Below, in pieces: positions 10,301-18,950 of a stretch of DNA of 44,259 nucleotides. Source of the stretch: Caldisericota bacterium (GTDB lineage: Bacteria > Caldisericota > Caldisericia > UBA6126). The DNA is taken from assembly GCA_003566815.1 (NCBI GenBank), contig PXBT01000214.1, positions 1 to 44,259 on the forward strand. Reading direction: 5' to 3'. Under the pieces are notes generated by a model that was not told the origin of the DNA, searched no databases, and saw only the letters and a program-made list of their open reading frames with translations. The position numbers and the translations under genes were made by a program. The stretch's first letter is position 1. Each line of letters begins with the position of its first letter.

Positions 10301-10428
10301 TCTCCAGGATGTAAACGATAAGCAGAAAGCTCATCCGTTTTTCCCTCCAAGGGAAGAGAGAGAGAAACTATGGATAAAAACAAGATAAAAAACAAAACAA
10401 AACATAACACTTTTTTAAATTTTTTCAT
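7375..10428 (-). CDS. Large secreted protein: FG-GAP repeats, transglutaminase/PNGase-like Cys-His-Asp domain, beta-sandwich, and copper-amine-oxidase N-terminal (stalk)-like domain
   Basis: Signal peptide MKKFKKVLCFVLFF. FG-GAP-like GDLNGNGRKDL, DMSQDGFAD and DLNTNGRTDL. Catalytic-like WCGEWS...EDHQFNNFWADGWHHAD. Stalk-like YISIRAMGEIFDLKIEWN. Start reset to ATG 10428 (SD AAGAGG). Confidence 0.75.
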   Translation of the reverse strand: MKKFKKVLCFVLFFILFLSIVSLSLPLEGKTDELSAYRLHPGEYQAWEISSNGDINYLSENKITLPAIALDAIYDAPVWLQSELKKQFYAINKRPIKGGPNASISTGDLNGNGRKDLIVLSEQKWLQFFFNQKIPGAHDLRMEHEIKLAERDETIFSACLLDMSQDGFADIFYVAGNTIFRKKNLSNEESLSFSEPSIIFSSESEGDHWRITGFWWNQQPCLILGKEDGTLLLLRYESNTWILEDDFFPYWEEQWGDTLVGKGVFAEGFAQPAVHLLPNGEAILFLSGKKGDLSTYRMKGCPPLFTSFQLWGKKLGQGLSNIAFLDLNTNGRTDLIYSNSSDPLMYLLNHGTEDQPHWHRMKSDASNNPLNNFFGGSGYHRDGNLLYAKGYHEGLLKKCAQFISNLNPLISHEVIYCIAHFQTEDLISYLRLDLLDILIENATGIHQMAASVKYVEMVLSDEGNTLKYATEDGWKIMPLEIYYPYLVMLNRYLMVPTAYETLYDKNFYRTYLPKDETYGKSLFSRVSDADTLYEAAWKVLYWFKVDIGGVWQMGEKPRGWYNIYHNLLNEDAGIWCGEWSIIFEAAARAMNIPTIIIVALGEDHQFNNFWADGWHHADASSGEAGENQSWQDYIGDSLVYYRNWGARVFSWPMAWEGNGKYDHVRRSHLPYNPPEKLNDYSFLVTDQQNKPLDGARIELWSHWPMEAGYQKLPFISAIGYTDGNGKAVIKQVGSQNFTLQVVSRIGSVHSFLLSKEQVYEDEIHVQVPGSRSNAFSTVQPSLSLIQNERDIRTKTLHFGSFPGEEAIIDPATNRGYIKLDIFAEFVDSSIEFISNDFIRLKKNERFWELDFVNNKVLTRGKEFLFDHPLILKIDNFIYISIRAMGEIFDLKIEWNAQKEALELNYRDTMKVNFSFETIHTEQIHLPWIDGYFTVLGYLEHWEISPVSLKAWIVNETQWEKLQKGKEIDSGKLIKIDPTFENLIEIPYQDVYPFYVIIYNPYLTTSMQFHANLQLQVP

Positions 10429-10448
10429 GATCAACCTCTTTTCAAAAA

Positions 10449-12629
10449 TCAAGGATGCAGGGATATTTTAACAGAATCGTGGATTTGATGTCTCGCATAG
10501 GATGCAACCATGTCAACAGAGAAGGTGGTGGGCTTATCCACAGGAGCATTATAAGTACCCTGAATTTGAAAAGACAATACTTTTCGGTAGGGGATACCTG
10601 GGAGCGAGACATTGGTTTGTTCATTTTCAGGCTTAAAAGAATAAAAAGGCAAAATATGATTGATTTCGAAAAATTCAGGATGCTGAACATTGAATGCAAT
10701 ATTCTCAATAGGAACATTTCCAATATTAAGAAGACAAACCCTTATGAAAATCTGTTCAGAGGATGAATAAGAAGATTTAAGAGAATATCCAGCAAGACTT
10801 AACTGTATTTGCCGGGAAACAGTTTTAAACATCCACATTGGTGAAGATTTTGTAATCCCTGATGGATGACTTAATTGCACCCTCCAATAATACCTCTTTT
10901 CATGTTCAAGCAAAAAAGGTAGTTTAAAATGTGAACGATGCAAAGAGTCGCTTTGATAAATTTTCTGGTGATTGTAATCATAAAGAGACAATTGATACGA
11001 TCCTCCAATATTTTCAAAATTCCATAAAAACACTGGATCAATCTCGGTTTTCATTGAATCTTTTTCAGGTTGAGCAAGAGTTGGCGCTTTAAACACTGGC
11101 ACCACCGATAATCGGGTAAAAAATCCACATTGCGCGGATCCTGTTTTCTTCTTCGCATTTTGAGTTAAAGGAAAGTCTTTGGATAAGGTATTTCCAACAA
11201 TCAAAATATCATAATTTATGCCCACCTTCAAAGAGCGAATTTCATCAAAAGAGGAACCCCCAAGATAAGTTGCAAACATAAAATCTTCAACAACATTGTC
11301 CATGCGGATTATAAAACCATCTCCCCGGCCCTTGTTTACATTTTGAATCATGCCTTCTTTTGAAATTAGATTGCTGGAATAGGTTAACCCGCCCAAAAGC
11401 AAAGACCCATCTTTTTTGAAAGCCATCGTTCTTAGAAAATCTTTATCGTTGCCAGATATCAACAAACTCTTTTCAATCACCCTCTTTTCAATGCTCCATT
11501 GAAGTAAAAAAATTCCTGGATAATGACTTGAAGGTGATTCAATTCTAAGTTGCGCTGGAAAATCTTCAGAAAAAGCATTGCCTCCAACCCAAAGATTGTT
11601 TTGACTATCCAGTGCCAAACTCACTACATCATCTTTACCGGAGCCTCCAGCAAAAAAACAGGGAACAATTTCATAAGCATTTGGTAATATTTTTATCACA
11701 AATATTGCACTTGAGCCGAAATCTTGAGCTCCCCCAAGTCTTCTCAAATGTGGAAAATTTGCAGAAAAAGTATTTCCTGCGATAAAAATAAGTTTATTTT
11801 CTTTGCAATACACCATAGCCTGGGCTAAATCTTTATTTGAGCCGCCAATATAGGTGGAATGAAGAAGATGTGTGCCATTGGGATTGATTTTTGCAAAAAA
11901 GATATCTTTTTCAGCATTTAATAAACGCTGAAATGCGCCCCTTGTAACAGGAAAATCAGAAGAATTTGTTGCTCCAGTAATATAGGCGTTTCCTCCTGGA
12001 TCTACCGCCAAAGCCGAAGGAACATCTTCCATTGAGCCTCCTATATAGGTGGAATAAATGAAAGCAGAGCCTGTTGCTTCAAGCTTCATCAAAAATCCAT
12101 CTTTCCGGCCTTTTAAAGTAGATTGAAGAGCATTGCGACTTACAGGAAAATTATGGGATTGAGTATATCCAGTCAGATAAATGTGATCGCTTTCATCTAT
12201 AAAAATGGCAGTGGGTCGATCAATGTAATTGCCTCCAACAAGAGTGGAAAAAATTATTTCATGGTTTTGGCGGTTAAATTTTATCACAAAAACATTGCAC
12301 CATGTTGTGGCTGTAGCCCCCAAGCGATAAGTTGCAGGAAAATCTTTTGAATAAGTATAACCTGCGACAACAGGATTGCCTTTGCTGTCCATAGTCATGA
12401 TATGGACATGATCATGACTGCTTCCACCCAATAAAGATGAATAACGCAGATGACTGCTGAAAATAGTATCTTCATTATTTTCATGGCTGTGATCATGCAT
12501 TTCATTAATATGGCAAAAATTCATAACAATACCTTTTTGAAAACCTTGAAGCATAGACGGTACGAAAGCTGATGATGCCAACAGCCCTATGAAAATCATC
12601 ATCCCGGCAAATAGTTTAATAAAATTCAT
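10449..12629 (-). CDS. Secreted SBBP (seven-bladed beta-propeller) repeat protein with FN3-like and C-terminal Ig-like domain
   Basis: Repeated YSTYIGGS..D....LAVD..GNAYITG.T.S.DFP units, a signal peptide, and YYWRVQ in an FN3-like segment. Confidence 0.8.
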   Translation of the reverse strand: MNFIKLFAGMMIFIGLLASSAFVPSMLQGFQKGIVMNFCHINEMHDHSHENNEDTIFSSHLRYSSLLGGSSHDHVHIMTMDSKGNPVVAGYTYSKDFPATYRLGATATTWCNVFVIKFNRQNHEIIFSTLVGGNYIDRPTAIFIDESDHIYLTGYTQSHNFPVSRNALQSTLKGRKDGFLMKLEATGSAFIYSTYIGGSMEDVPSALAVDPGGNAYITGATNSSDFPVTRGAFQRLLNAEKDIFFAKINPNGTHLLHSTYIGGSNKDLAQAMVYCKENKLIFIAGNTFSANFPHLRRLGGAQDFGSSAIFVIKILPNAYEIVPCFFAGGSGKDDVVSLALDSQNNLWVGGNAFSEDFPAQLRIESPSSHYPGIFLLQWSIEKRVIEKSLLISGNDKDFLRTMAFKKDGSLLLGGLTYSSNLISKEGMIQNVNKGRGDGFIIRMDNVVEDFMFATYLGGSSFDEIRSLKVGINYDILIVGNTLSKDFPLTQNAKKKTGSAQCGFFTRLSVVPVFKAPTLAQPEKDSMKTEIDPVFLWNFENIGGSYQLSLYDYNHQKIYQSDSLHRSHFKLPFLLEHEKRYYWRVQLSHPSGITKSSPMWMFKTVSRQIQLSLAGYSLKSSYSSSEQIFIRVCLLNIGNVPIENIAFNVQHPEFFEINHILPFYSFKPENEQTNVSLPGIPYRKVLSFQIQGTYNAPVDKPTTFSVDMVASYARHQIHDSVKISLHP

Positions 12630-12754
12630 ATCATTCCTCCGGGGAGCCTAAAAACAATAGATATACCCTTATTAATTTTAGCACATGGAGTGAAAAATGA
12701 TAGCATTTTTGGGCATAATTATGGTGAAAAAAAATAATCACAGGAGGTAAAATA

Positions 12755-13219
12755 ATGAATATGAGAAATAGATTAAGTATTCAAAAGCCTTCTAATAGAA
12801 TAACATCAGTTAGAAGGCCTTATTCACTGTTCAGTCAAATTATGGATGATTTTTTTGATGAAATGGTTTTTCCAGAAGTTCCTCAAGAGGGGATTATGGC
12901 AGCCCCTAAAATTGACTTGATCGATAAAGAAAATCATTTTGTGCTTCAAGCGGAAATCCCTGGCATCGATAAAAAAGACATTGAAATCGAATTACTTGAA
13001 GACAGTATCACCATAAAAGGTGAAAAGAGGCTCAATAATGAGCAAAAAGAAGGAAAATATTACTACAGAGAAAGCTCTTATGGAAAATTTATGCGACAAA
13101 TTCCTTTTCCTGAAAAAGTTAATACCGAACAAGCTAAAGCATGCTATGAAAATGGATTGTTGAAAATCGAACTCCCCAAGTCAGAAATATCAAAAGCACG
13201 AAAATTGGAACTCAAATAG
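12755..13219 (+). CDS. Hsp20/alpha-crystallin small heat-shock protein
   Basis: PKIDLID, AEIPGIDKKDI, RESSYGKFMRQI and ACYENGLLKIELPK. SD GGAGGT. Confidence 0.95.
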   Translation: MNMRNRLSIQKPSNRITSVRRPYSLFSQIMDDFFDEMVFPEVPQEGIMAAPKIDLIDKENHFVLQAEIPGIDKKDIEIELLEDSITIKGEKRLNNEQKEGKYYYRESSYGKFMRQIPFPEKVNTEQAKACYENGLLKIELPKSEISKARKLELK

Positions 13220-13241
13220 TTCATCAAAGTATTACCACTTT

Positions 13242-13280
13242 AAAAAAAAAGAGGGATGAGCGCTCATCCCTCTTTTTTTT
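13242..13280. terminator. Bidirectional intrinsic terminator between hsp20 and the pckA-like gene
   Basis: A-tract, then GAGGGATGAG-CG-CTCATCCCTC, then a T-tract, lying between convergent genes. Confidence 0.92.
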
Positions 13281-14929
13281 TAAAGTAACTTCCATAAAGC
13301 TGTCATTTCTTTTTCAGCCTCCCGGGGAAGCTGATCAAACCCACCTTTAAAATCTTTTCGCCCCTGAATAAAACTTATCCGGTCATGGATGCGATCCTTT
13401 AACTGGGTTACATAACATGTATCCGTCATATCAGGCATAAATCCATCAATTTCCATAATGAATAGATTATCAAATGGCTTCCATGGAATAAATGATGCAT
13501 GTCCATCCACTATCTTTTCAATGATGGATAATGTTAATTCTTTGGGAATTTTTTTGCCCATAAAAGCACCTGTATTTAAAATATAGGCTTCGACATTTCT
13601 TTCTATAAACAATTTCTTGAATTTTTCATAATCATGAGCCAAAGGATAAGTTCGGAAAGGATTTGCATAAGGCTCAATCACCAAAGCATCCGGATCAATA
13701 CCTGGCGCCAGTCGTTCAGCTGTCGTTCTTTTGGTGGCCAAAGTGGCCCCAAAAGCAGATGCAAGGTCAGCTCCATTGATTTTGACCACAGGTGGCAGTG
13801 TAGAATCTTTCATGAGCCAAACCATAGCACTGACAGGGTCATCAAATTTATCAACTCGGTGAGGTGACCAAAGTTTTGATTTGATTGCTCTTCCATTCCC
13901 ATTGCGAAGATCTTCCGTAACCAAAACAATTTTATCTTCCTCGTCCATCATAGCACCACAATTTTGAACCGTCAACAAAAACTGGTTGTCAGGTGAATTG
14001 CTGGGATAATCTGAGGTTTTATCAAAATATGAAGGCTCCATAGCCACAGAAGATGCATTTTCAGTCGACACCACAATAGCATCATCATGCAAAACAGTTA
14101 TATTATATTTTCCTTCATGACGAGCATGAGTAAGAGTTGATTTTCCTGAACCTGAAAGCCCAAAAACGCCCAAAACAAAAACTGACCCATCTGATCTTAC
14201 ATATCTTTTCTGCCCTCCATGACAGGAAGCAAAACCATTTCTATTAGCTATCCCCCAGGCTAAAGTAAGCGTACCCTTTTTAAATTCACCAAAAAAACTC
14301 ATACCGAGAATGGCAGCACAATTGTGAGTCGGATCAAAAAAAGTCAGCCCAAGAGGGAATCGATCATCTCTCCAGTCTGGATCAGAAAAAACAAAAATAT
14401 CAGGCTCTTGAAATTGCTTTGACATAGCATACATGGTATTGTATTCCTGATTCAAATGCTGAAAATTAAGCATCCAGCTATACATGATATTCTCATGACC
14501 TTCCGGAATCAATAAATGATTTTTAACCATAAAATCGGGATGCAGACCTGTATAGGATTCCACATGGTACATTTTTTTATGCCTACTCTTATATACCGCA
14601 TCTCGTAAAATTGCATTGAATTCATCCAGTTTAACTTCAGGCTCTCCTACAATCCTTCTTGCAGCCACACATCTTCCTGTTACTTCTCCATTATTAAAAA
14701 GCAAAATTTTTGCCTCAGGCTCCAATCCTAATTTTTCAGGGCAAAAAACGGATAAATCAGTAATCACCGTTCCAGGTGATTGGCAAGCCAATTGATAAGC
14801 CTGGGTCAACGAAGTAATTTTCGTGACATTATTGCCATAAAATGCTGTTTCGATAGTTGCCTTGGAAGAAGATAACAGTGAATTGTCCGGACAGATTTGT
14901 GATTTATTCAATGCTCCTATTGTAGCCAT
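13280..14929 (-). CDS. pckA: Phosphoenolpyruvate carboxykinase (ATP), clostridial-type divergent family
   Basis: FFGEFKKGTLT, SCH, P-loop FGLSGSGKST, kinase-2 LHDD and NGRA. Confidence 0.85.
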   Translation of the reverse strand: MATIGALNKSQICPDNSLLSSSKATIETAFYGNNVTKITSLTQAYQLACQSPGTVITDLSVFCPEKLGLEPEAKILLFNNGEVTGRCVAARRIVGEPEVKLDEFNAILRDAVYKSRHKKMYHVESYTGLHPDFMVKNHLLIPEGHENIMYSWMLNFQHLNQEYNTMYAMSKQFQEPDIFVFSDPDWRDDRFPLGLTFFDPTHNCAAILGMSFFGEFKKGTLTLAWGIANRNGFASCHGGQKRYVRSDGSVFVLGVFGLSGSGKSTLTHARHEGKYNITVLHDDAIVVSTENASSVAMEPSYFDKTSDYPSNSPDNQFLLTVQNCGAMMDEEDKIVLVTEDLRNGNGRAIKSKLWSPHRVDKFDDPVSAMVWLMKDSTLPPVVKINGADLASAFGATLATKRTTAERLAPGIDPDALVIEPYANPFRTYPLAHDYEKFKKLFIERNVEAYILNTGAFMGKKIPKELTLSIIEKIVDGHASFIPWKPFDNLFIMEIDGFMPDMTDTCYVTQLKDRIHDRISFIQGRKDFKGGFDQLPREAEKEMTALWKLL

Positions 14930-15023
14930 TCTTTCCCTCGCCCTTTTTTAATTAAACTTATAAAAACAATTCCTTATTATATGGAAAAAAAACTTTTTCG
15001 AATGATACTTTTAAAAGAAAAAT

Positions 15024-15051
15024 TTGACAAAAATTTTGGTACTTTTATACT
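15024..15051 (+). promoter_or_regulatory. Sigma70-type promoter for tRNA-Asn
   Basis: TTGACA-N16-TATACT. Confidence 0.75.
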
Positions 15052-15078
15052 CATCTAAGGTAAGTGTGCCAACTACAC

Positions 15079-15153
15079 TCCTCGATAGCTCAATGGTAGA
15101 GCGGCTGGCTGTTAACCAGTAGGTTGGGGGTTCGAGTCCCTCTCGGGGAGCCA
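15079..15153 (+). tRNA. tRNA-Asn (GTT)
   Basis: Acceptor stem TCCTCGA/TCGGGGA, anticodon arm CTGG-CTGTTAA-CCAG, T-arm GGTTCGAGTCC, encoded CCA. Confidence 0.97.
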
Positions 15154-15194
15154 TTTCATTTGTGCTTTTACTTAATGCTTTTGGGAGGTTGCCC

Positions 15195-16184
15195 ATGGAA
15201 AAAATTAAAGCAAAAATGCCAAAAATCATTTCAACTGCTCTACTTGTTTTCACCTTAATGTTTCAACTATCCTGCTCTCCTCAGTCACAAAATGAACCTG
15301 AAGAAAAAGAAAATGTTTCATCGCCTCCTGTCCAAAATATTATTAATTTGGGCAACAGTCCTGGGAATATCGCCAATGGAGGCATCATGGCGCAAAAAGA
15401 TGGTTGGTGGTATATTAGCCAGACCAACTCTTCCAATGAGTTGGTTCGTATGCGCCCCGATGGATCTGACAGACAAGTCATAACCACAGACAAATGCTAT
15501 CATATCAACATTATCGGAGACTGGATATATTATCGCAATGGCTCTCACAACAACTATCTCTACCGTATTCGTACCGATGGCACAGAAAAAGAACAATTAA
15601 ATGAAGACTCAAGCTGGGATATTCTTGCCTCAGAGTACTGGATTTTTTATCGAAATAATAGCGATGAAGACCGCCTATACATGATAAAACCCGATGGATC
15701 AGGAAGAACAGCGCTAAGTTTTGACCGTGTCAACAACATTGTTCTTCGAGGCAATTGGGTTTATTACAGCAATGTTTCTGACAACTACTACATGATGCGC
15801 ATTCGACCTGATGGCAGTGAAAGAGAATATATCCTCGAAGAAATGTCTGCATATTACAATCTGCTTGAACCCTGGCTTTATTATAGCAATATGAGCGACA
15901 ACAACTCATTGTACCGCATCCATTTGGATACTTTTGAAAATGAAAAACTATTGGATCTACAGGTATGGGACTTGCATGTTGCCCCCGATGCTCTTTTTTT
16001 CAGCAACTGGGACAATGAGCAAAAGTTATTTCGAGCTGAACTGGATGGCTCAAACCCCAGACTACTCAACGACGAAGAGGCATGGAGCATTCATGTGCTG
16101 GACCAATGGATTTTTTTTAGAGATGGTTCCAATGAATGGTTCAGAATAAGTAAAGATGGGGATGATTTGGAACGATTGGACTAA
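15195..16184 (+). CDS. DUF5050-like beta-propeller lipoprotein
   Basis: Lipobox FQLSC, GNSPGNIANGG, and repeats of the form WIYY.N......LYRI..DG. Start reset to ATG 15195 after GGAGGT. Confidence 0.85.
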   Translation: MEKIKAKMPKIISTALLVFTLMFQLSCSPQSQNEPEEKENVSSPPVQNIINLGNSPGNIANGGIMAQKDGWWYISQTNSSNELVRMRPDGSDRQVITTDKCYHINIIGDWIYYRNGSHNNYLYRIRTDGTEKEQLNEDSSWDILASEYWIFYRNNSDEDRLYMIKPDGSGRTALSFDRVNNIVLRGNWVYYSNVSDNYYMMRIRPDGSEREYILEEMSAYYNLLEPWLYYSNMSDNNSLYRIHLDTFENEKLLDLQVWDLHVAPDALFFSNWDNEQKLFRAELDGSNPRLLNDEEAWSIHVLDQWIFFRDGSNEWFRISKDGDDLERLD

Positions 16185-16189
16185 ATAAC

Positions 16190-18214
16190 TCAGAGGCTTA
16201 GAAATTCGTCTTCATTCATCAAAGGCACTCCAAGCTCATCTGCTTTTTTGGCTTTTGATCCTGCCCTATCTCCTGCGAGCACAAAAGAAGTCCTACTGCT
16301 CACTGAAGAGCTGACAGAAGCCCCCAGTTGACGAAGTCTTTCTTCTGCCTCCTCTCGAGTAAAATTTTTCAACACTCCTGTCACTACGGCTGTTTTACCA
16401 TTAAGCGGCAAGTTAATGCCTTTCTCTTTTTCTGCGCCACAAGCTAAAGGCTTCAATCCAAAAATCGTCATTCTTTCTATAGTTTCAATATTTTTATCAA
16501 GCTGAAAAAATAAAATAATATTTTTTGCAGTTTCAGGTCCAATTTGATCTATTTCAATTAAGCTTGCTTCATCTGCCTTCATTAAAGCATCCAAAGTGCA
16601 GAATTTTTTAGCCAATATTCGCGAAGTTACCTCTCCCACGCCGTCAATCCCTATGGAAGCAATCCACCGCCATAGAGGTGGATTTTTTGCTTTTTCAATT
16701 GCATTTAACATATTTTGGATAGACTTTTCTTTAAACCCAGGCAAAGATTCCAGATCCTCTTTTTTTAGATTAAATAAATCTGCACTGGATTTGATAAGTC
16801 CCAGATCAAAAAATTTTTCAATCAACCTTTCCCCGATTCCAGGTATGTCGAGACCTGCTTTGGAAACAAAATGTTTGATGCTCTCTTTGATTCGAGCAGG
16901 ACAATCCATATTGATGCATTTTATATAAGCCTGGCTCTCAATTTTTTGAACAGGAGAGGAGCAAACAGGGCAACAGGATGGCATGGTAAAAGATTGAGCG
17001 CTGGATGGTCTTTTTGAAAAATTAACTGCAATAATATTGGGAATCACATCGCCTGATCTTTGGATCAAGACGGTGTCTCCTATTCGAATATCCTTGCGTT
17101 TTATCTCATCCTCATTATGAAGAGTAGCCTGACTTACTCTTACTCCACTTATTTTTACAGGATCAAGAATTGCAATAGGAGTAAGTGTTCCTGTCCTTCC
17201 CACATGAACCTGAATATCTTTTAATTGGGTTTCTGCAGTGTGGGCTTGAAATTTAAAAGCTACTGCCCATCGTGGAAATCGAGTGGTGGATCCAAGCTGT
17301 TTCCAGGATTGCAAATGATTGACCTTAAACACTGTGCCATCAATCTCATAATTTAATTCAGCCCTTTTTAAAGCAAGTTTTTGATGATATGCAACAGCTT
17401 GTTTTTCATCAGCCAGCAAATGAGTTTCTGGATGAACAGGAAAACCAAGAGTTTTTAAAAAGCTTAAAATCTCCCATTGTGTTGTAAATTCAAGTGGATC
17501 ATAATCCGTTAAAAAATAAAAAAAAGCCTTTAGCTTGCGTTGAGCAGTAATTTGAGGATTCAATTGCCTGAGTGACCCAGCAGCTGCATTTCTTGGGTTC
17601 GCAAACAAGCTTTCTCCCTTTTTTTCTCGATAGTGATTCAATGCTACAAAGTCATCAATCGTCATAATGACTTCTCCCCTGACTCGAAAAGAAGAGGGTG
17701 GATCGATATGATTTTTTTCTGCTTGCTCTCGAATGCTCAGAGGTATGGATCGTATGGTTCGAACATTTTGAGTGACATTTTCGCCCACCCATCCATCTCC
17801 TCGGGTAGCAGCACCAGTTAATAGTCCATCTTCATATATAAGTTCAATACTCAACCCATCAAGTTTGGGTTCTCCAATATATTCCATAGAAGCCTTCGAG
17901 CCTAATCCTTTTTTTATTCTTTGATCAAATGCAAAAAAATCTTCAGGAGAAAATACATTGTCCAGGCTAAGCATGGGAGATTGATGAGATAAAGGCTCAA
18001 AGTTTTCCAGGACTTGCCCCGAAACCCGCTGAGTGGGCGAATCACTGCTTACCCATTCGAGGTGCGTTTTTTCAATCTCCATTAGCTCCTGATATAGTCG
18101 ATCATATTCCTGATCACTGACCAAGGGTTGATCCAGAGTATAATAATGATAATCATACTTGCGAATCAAAGATTTAAGATCAAGGTATCGCTGTTGTTGG
18201 TTATTATGACTCAT
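16190..18214 (-). CDS. ligA: NAD-dependent DNA ligase
   Basis: EPKLDG, ATRGDG, FANPRNAAAGSLRQ, Zn finger and BRCT domain. Confidence 0.98.
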   Translation of the reverse strand: MSHNNQQQRYLDLKSLIRKYDYHYYTLDQPLVSDQEYDRLYQELMEIEKTHLEWVSSDSPTQRVSGQVLENFEPLSHQSPMLSLDNVFSPEDFFAFDQRIKKGLGSKASMEYIGEPKLDGLSIELIYEDGLLTGAATRGDGWVGENVTQNVRTIRSIPLSIREQAEKNHIDPPSSFRVRGEVIMTIDDFVALNHYREKKGESLFANPRNAAAGSLRQLNPQITAQRKLKAFFYFLTDYDPLEFTTQWEILSFLKTLGFPVHPETHLLADEKQAVAYHQKLALKRAELNYEIDGTVFKVNHLQSWKQLGSTTRFPRWAVAFKFQAHTAETQLKDIQVHVGRTGTLTPIAILDPVKISGVRVSQATLHNEDEIKRKDIRIGDTVLIQRSGDVIPNIIAVNFSKRPSSAQSFTMPSCCPVCSSPVQKIESQAYIKCINMDCPARIKESIKHFVSKAGLDIPGIGERLIEKFFDLGLIKSSADLFNLKKEDLESLPGFKEKSIQNMLNAIEKAKNPPLWRWIASIGIDGVGEVTSRILAKKFCTLDALMKADEASLIEIDQIGPETAKNIILFFQLDKNIETIERMTIFGLKPLACGAEKEKGINLPLNGKTAVVTGVLKNFTREEAEERLRQLGASVSSSVSSRTSFVLAGDRAGSKAKKADELGVPLMNEDEFLSL

Positions 18215-18230
18215 GGTTCAGTTTTAAAGG

Positions 18231-18860
18231 CTACCAGGGCCATCGCGTAGTATATGCTCGTTGAATGATCATGCGTCGAATAGGCCGATCGCCTTCATTG
18301 GTTTCCTGTCTTGATATTTTATCCACCACTTCCATCCCTTTTATAACTCTTCCAAAAGCCGTATGCCTTCCATTCAACCAGGGGGTCCCCTCCTCTGCTG
18401 TAACAATGAAAAACTGGCAATTACTGGTGGAAGGACCACGATTTGCCATCCCCAATACCCCTCTTTCAAGAGGTATGGACTGAAGATCCAAGGTAAAACG
18501 ATATCCCTGCTTTTCCAGGGCAACAATTTCATCCTTGCTCAATCCCAATGAGATAGGATTTATTTCATCAGAAATGAAATATCCCACATCATCACTAAGG
18601 CCTTCCTTGGTGATTCCTCCTGCCTGAATCATAAAATCTTCTATAACCCGGTGAAAAATTTTATCGTTATAATATCCTGACTCTACAAGAAAAATAAAAT
18701 TATCAACAGTCTCTGGTGCATGTTGAGGATAGAGCTCAATTTTAATATTTCCCACATTTGTTTGCATTACGACATATTTTTTCGCATTAAGAAAAAAAAG
18801 TATCGCAAAACCAATCAATAAAACACAAACTACTATAAAAATAATATTTTTTTTATTCAT
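18231..18860 (-). CDS. Cyclophilin-type peptidyl-prolyl isomerase with N-terminal membrane anchor
   Basis: FHRVIEDFMIQAG, MANRGP, QFFI and WLNGRHTAFGRV. Confidence 0.95.
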   Translation of the reverse strand: MNKKNIIFIVVCVLLIGFAILFFLNAKKYVVMQTNVGNIKIELYPQHAPETVDNFIFLVESGYYNDKIFHRVIEDFMIQAGGITKEGLSDDVGYFISDEINPISLGLSKDEIVALEKQGYRFTLDLQSIPLERGVLGMANRGPSTSNCQFFIVTAEEGTPWLNGRHTAFGRVIKGMEVVDKISRQETNEGDRPIRRMIIQRAYTTRWPW

Positions 18861-18901
18861 CCAACGACTCGCTCTCTTTTTAAAAAATTATAACAATAAG
18901 A

Positions 18902-18933
18902 GAAGGAAGAGTAGCGATAGATACTCTTCCTTC
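18902..18933 (-). terminator. Hairpin, likely the terminator downstream of the SPFH gene
   Basis: Perfect 12-bp stem GAAGGAAGAGTA-N8-TACTCTTCCTTC, followed on the minus strand by TCTTATTGTT. Confidence 0.75.
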
Positions 18934-18950
18934 AAAATATTCAGCTAAAT

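Noticed and set aside
12678..12704. Possible CIRCE (HrcA) operator upstream of hsp20 (TTAGCAC...)
   Set aside because: Only a partial left arm is present; there is no GAGTGCTAA at 9-bp spacing.
15011..15253. 80-aa minus-strand ORF, and the extended starts at 15162, 24094 and 28684
   Set aside because: These overlap or abut tRNA genes, and better-supported starts lie downstream.
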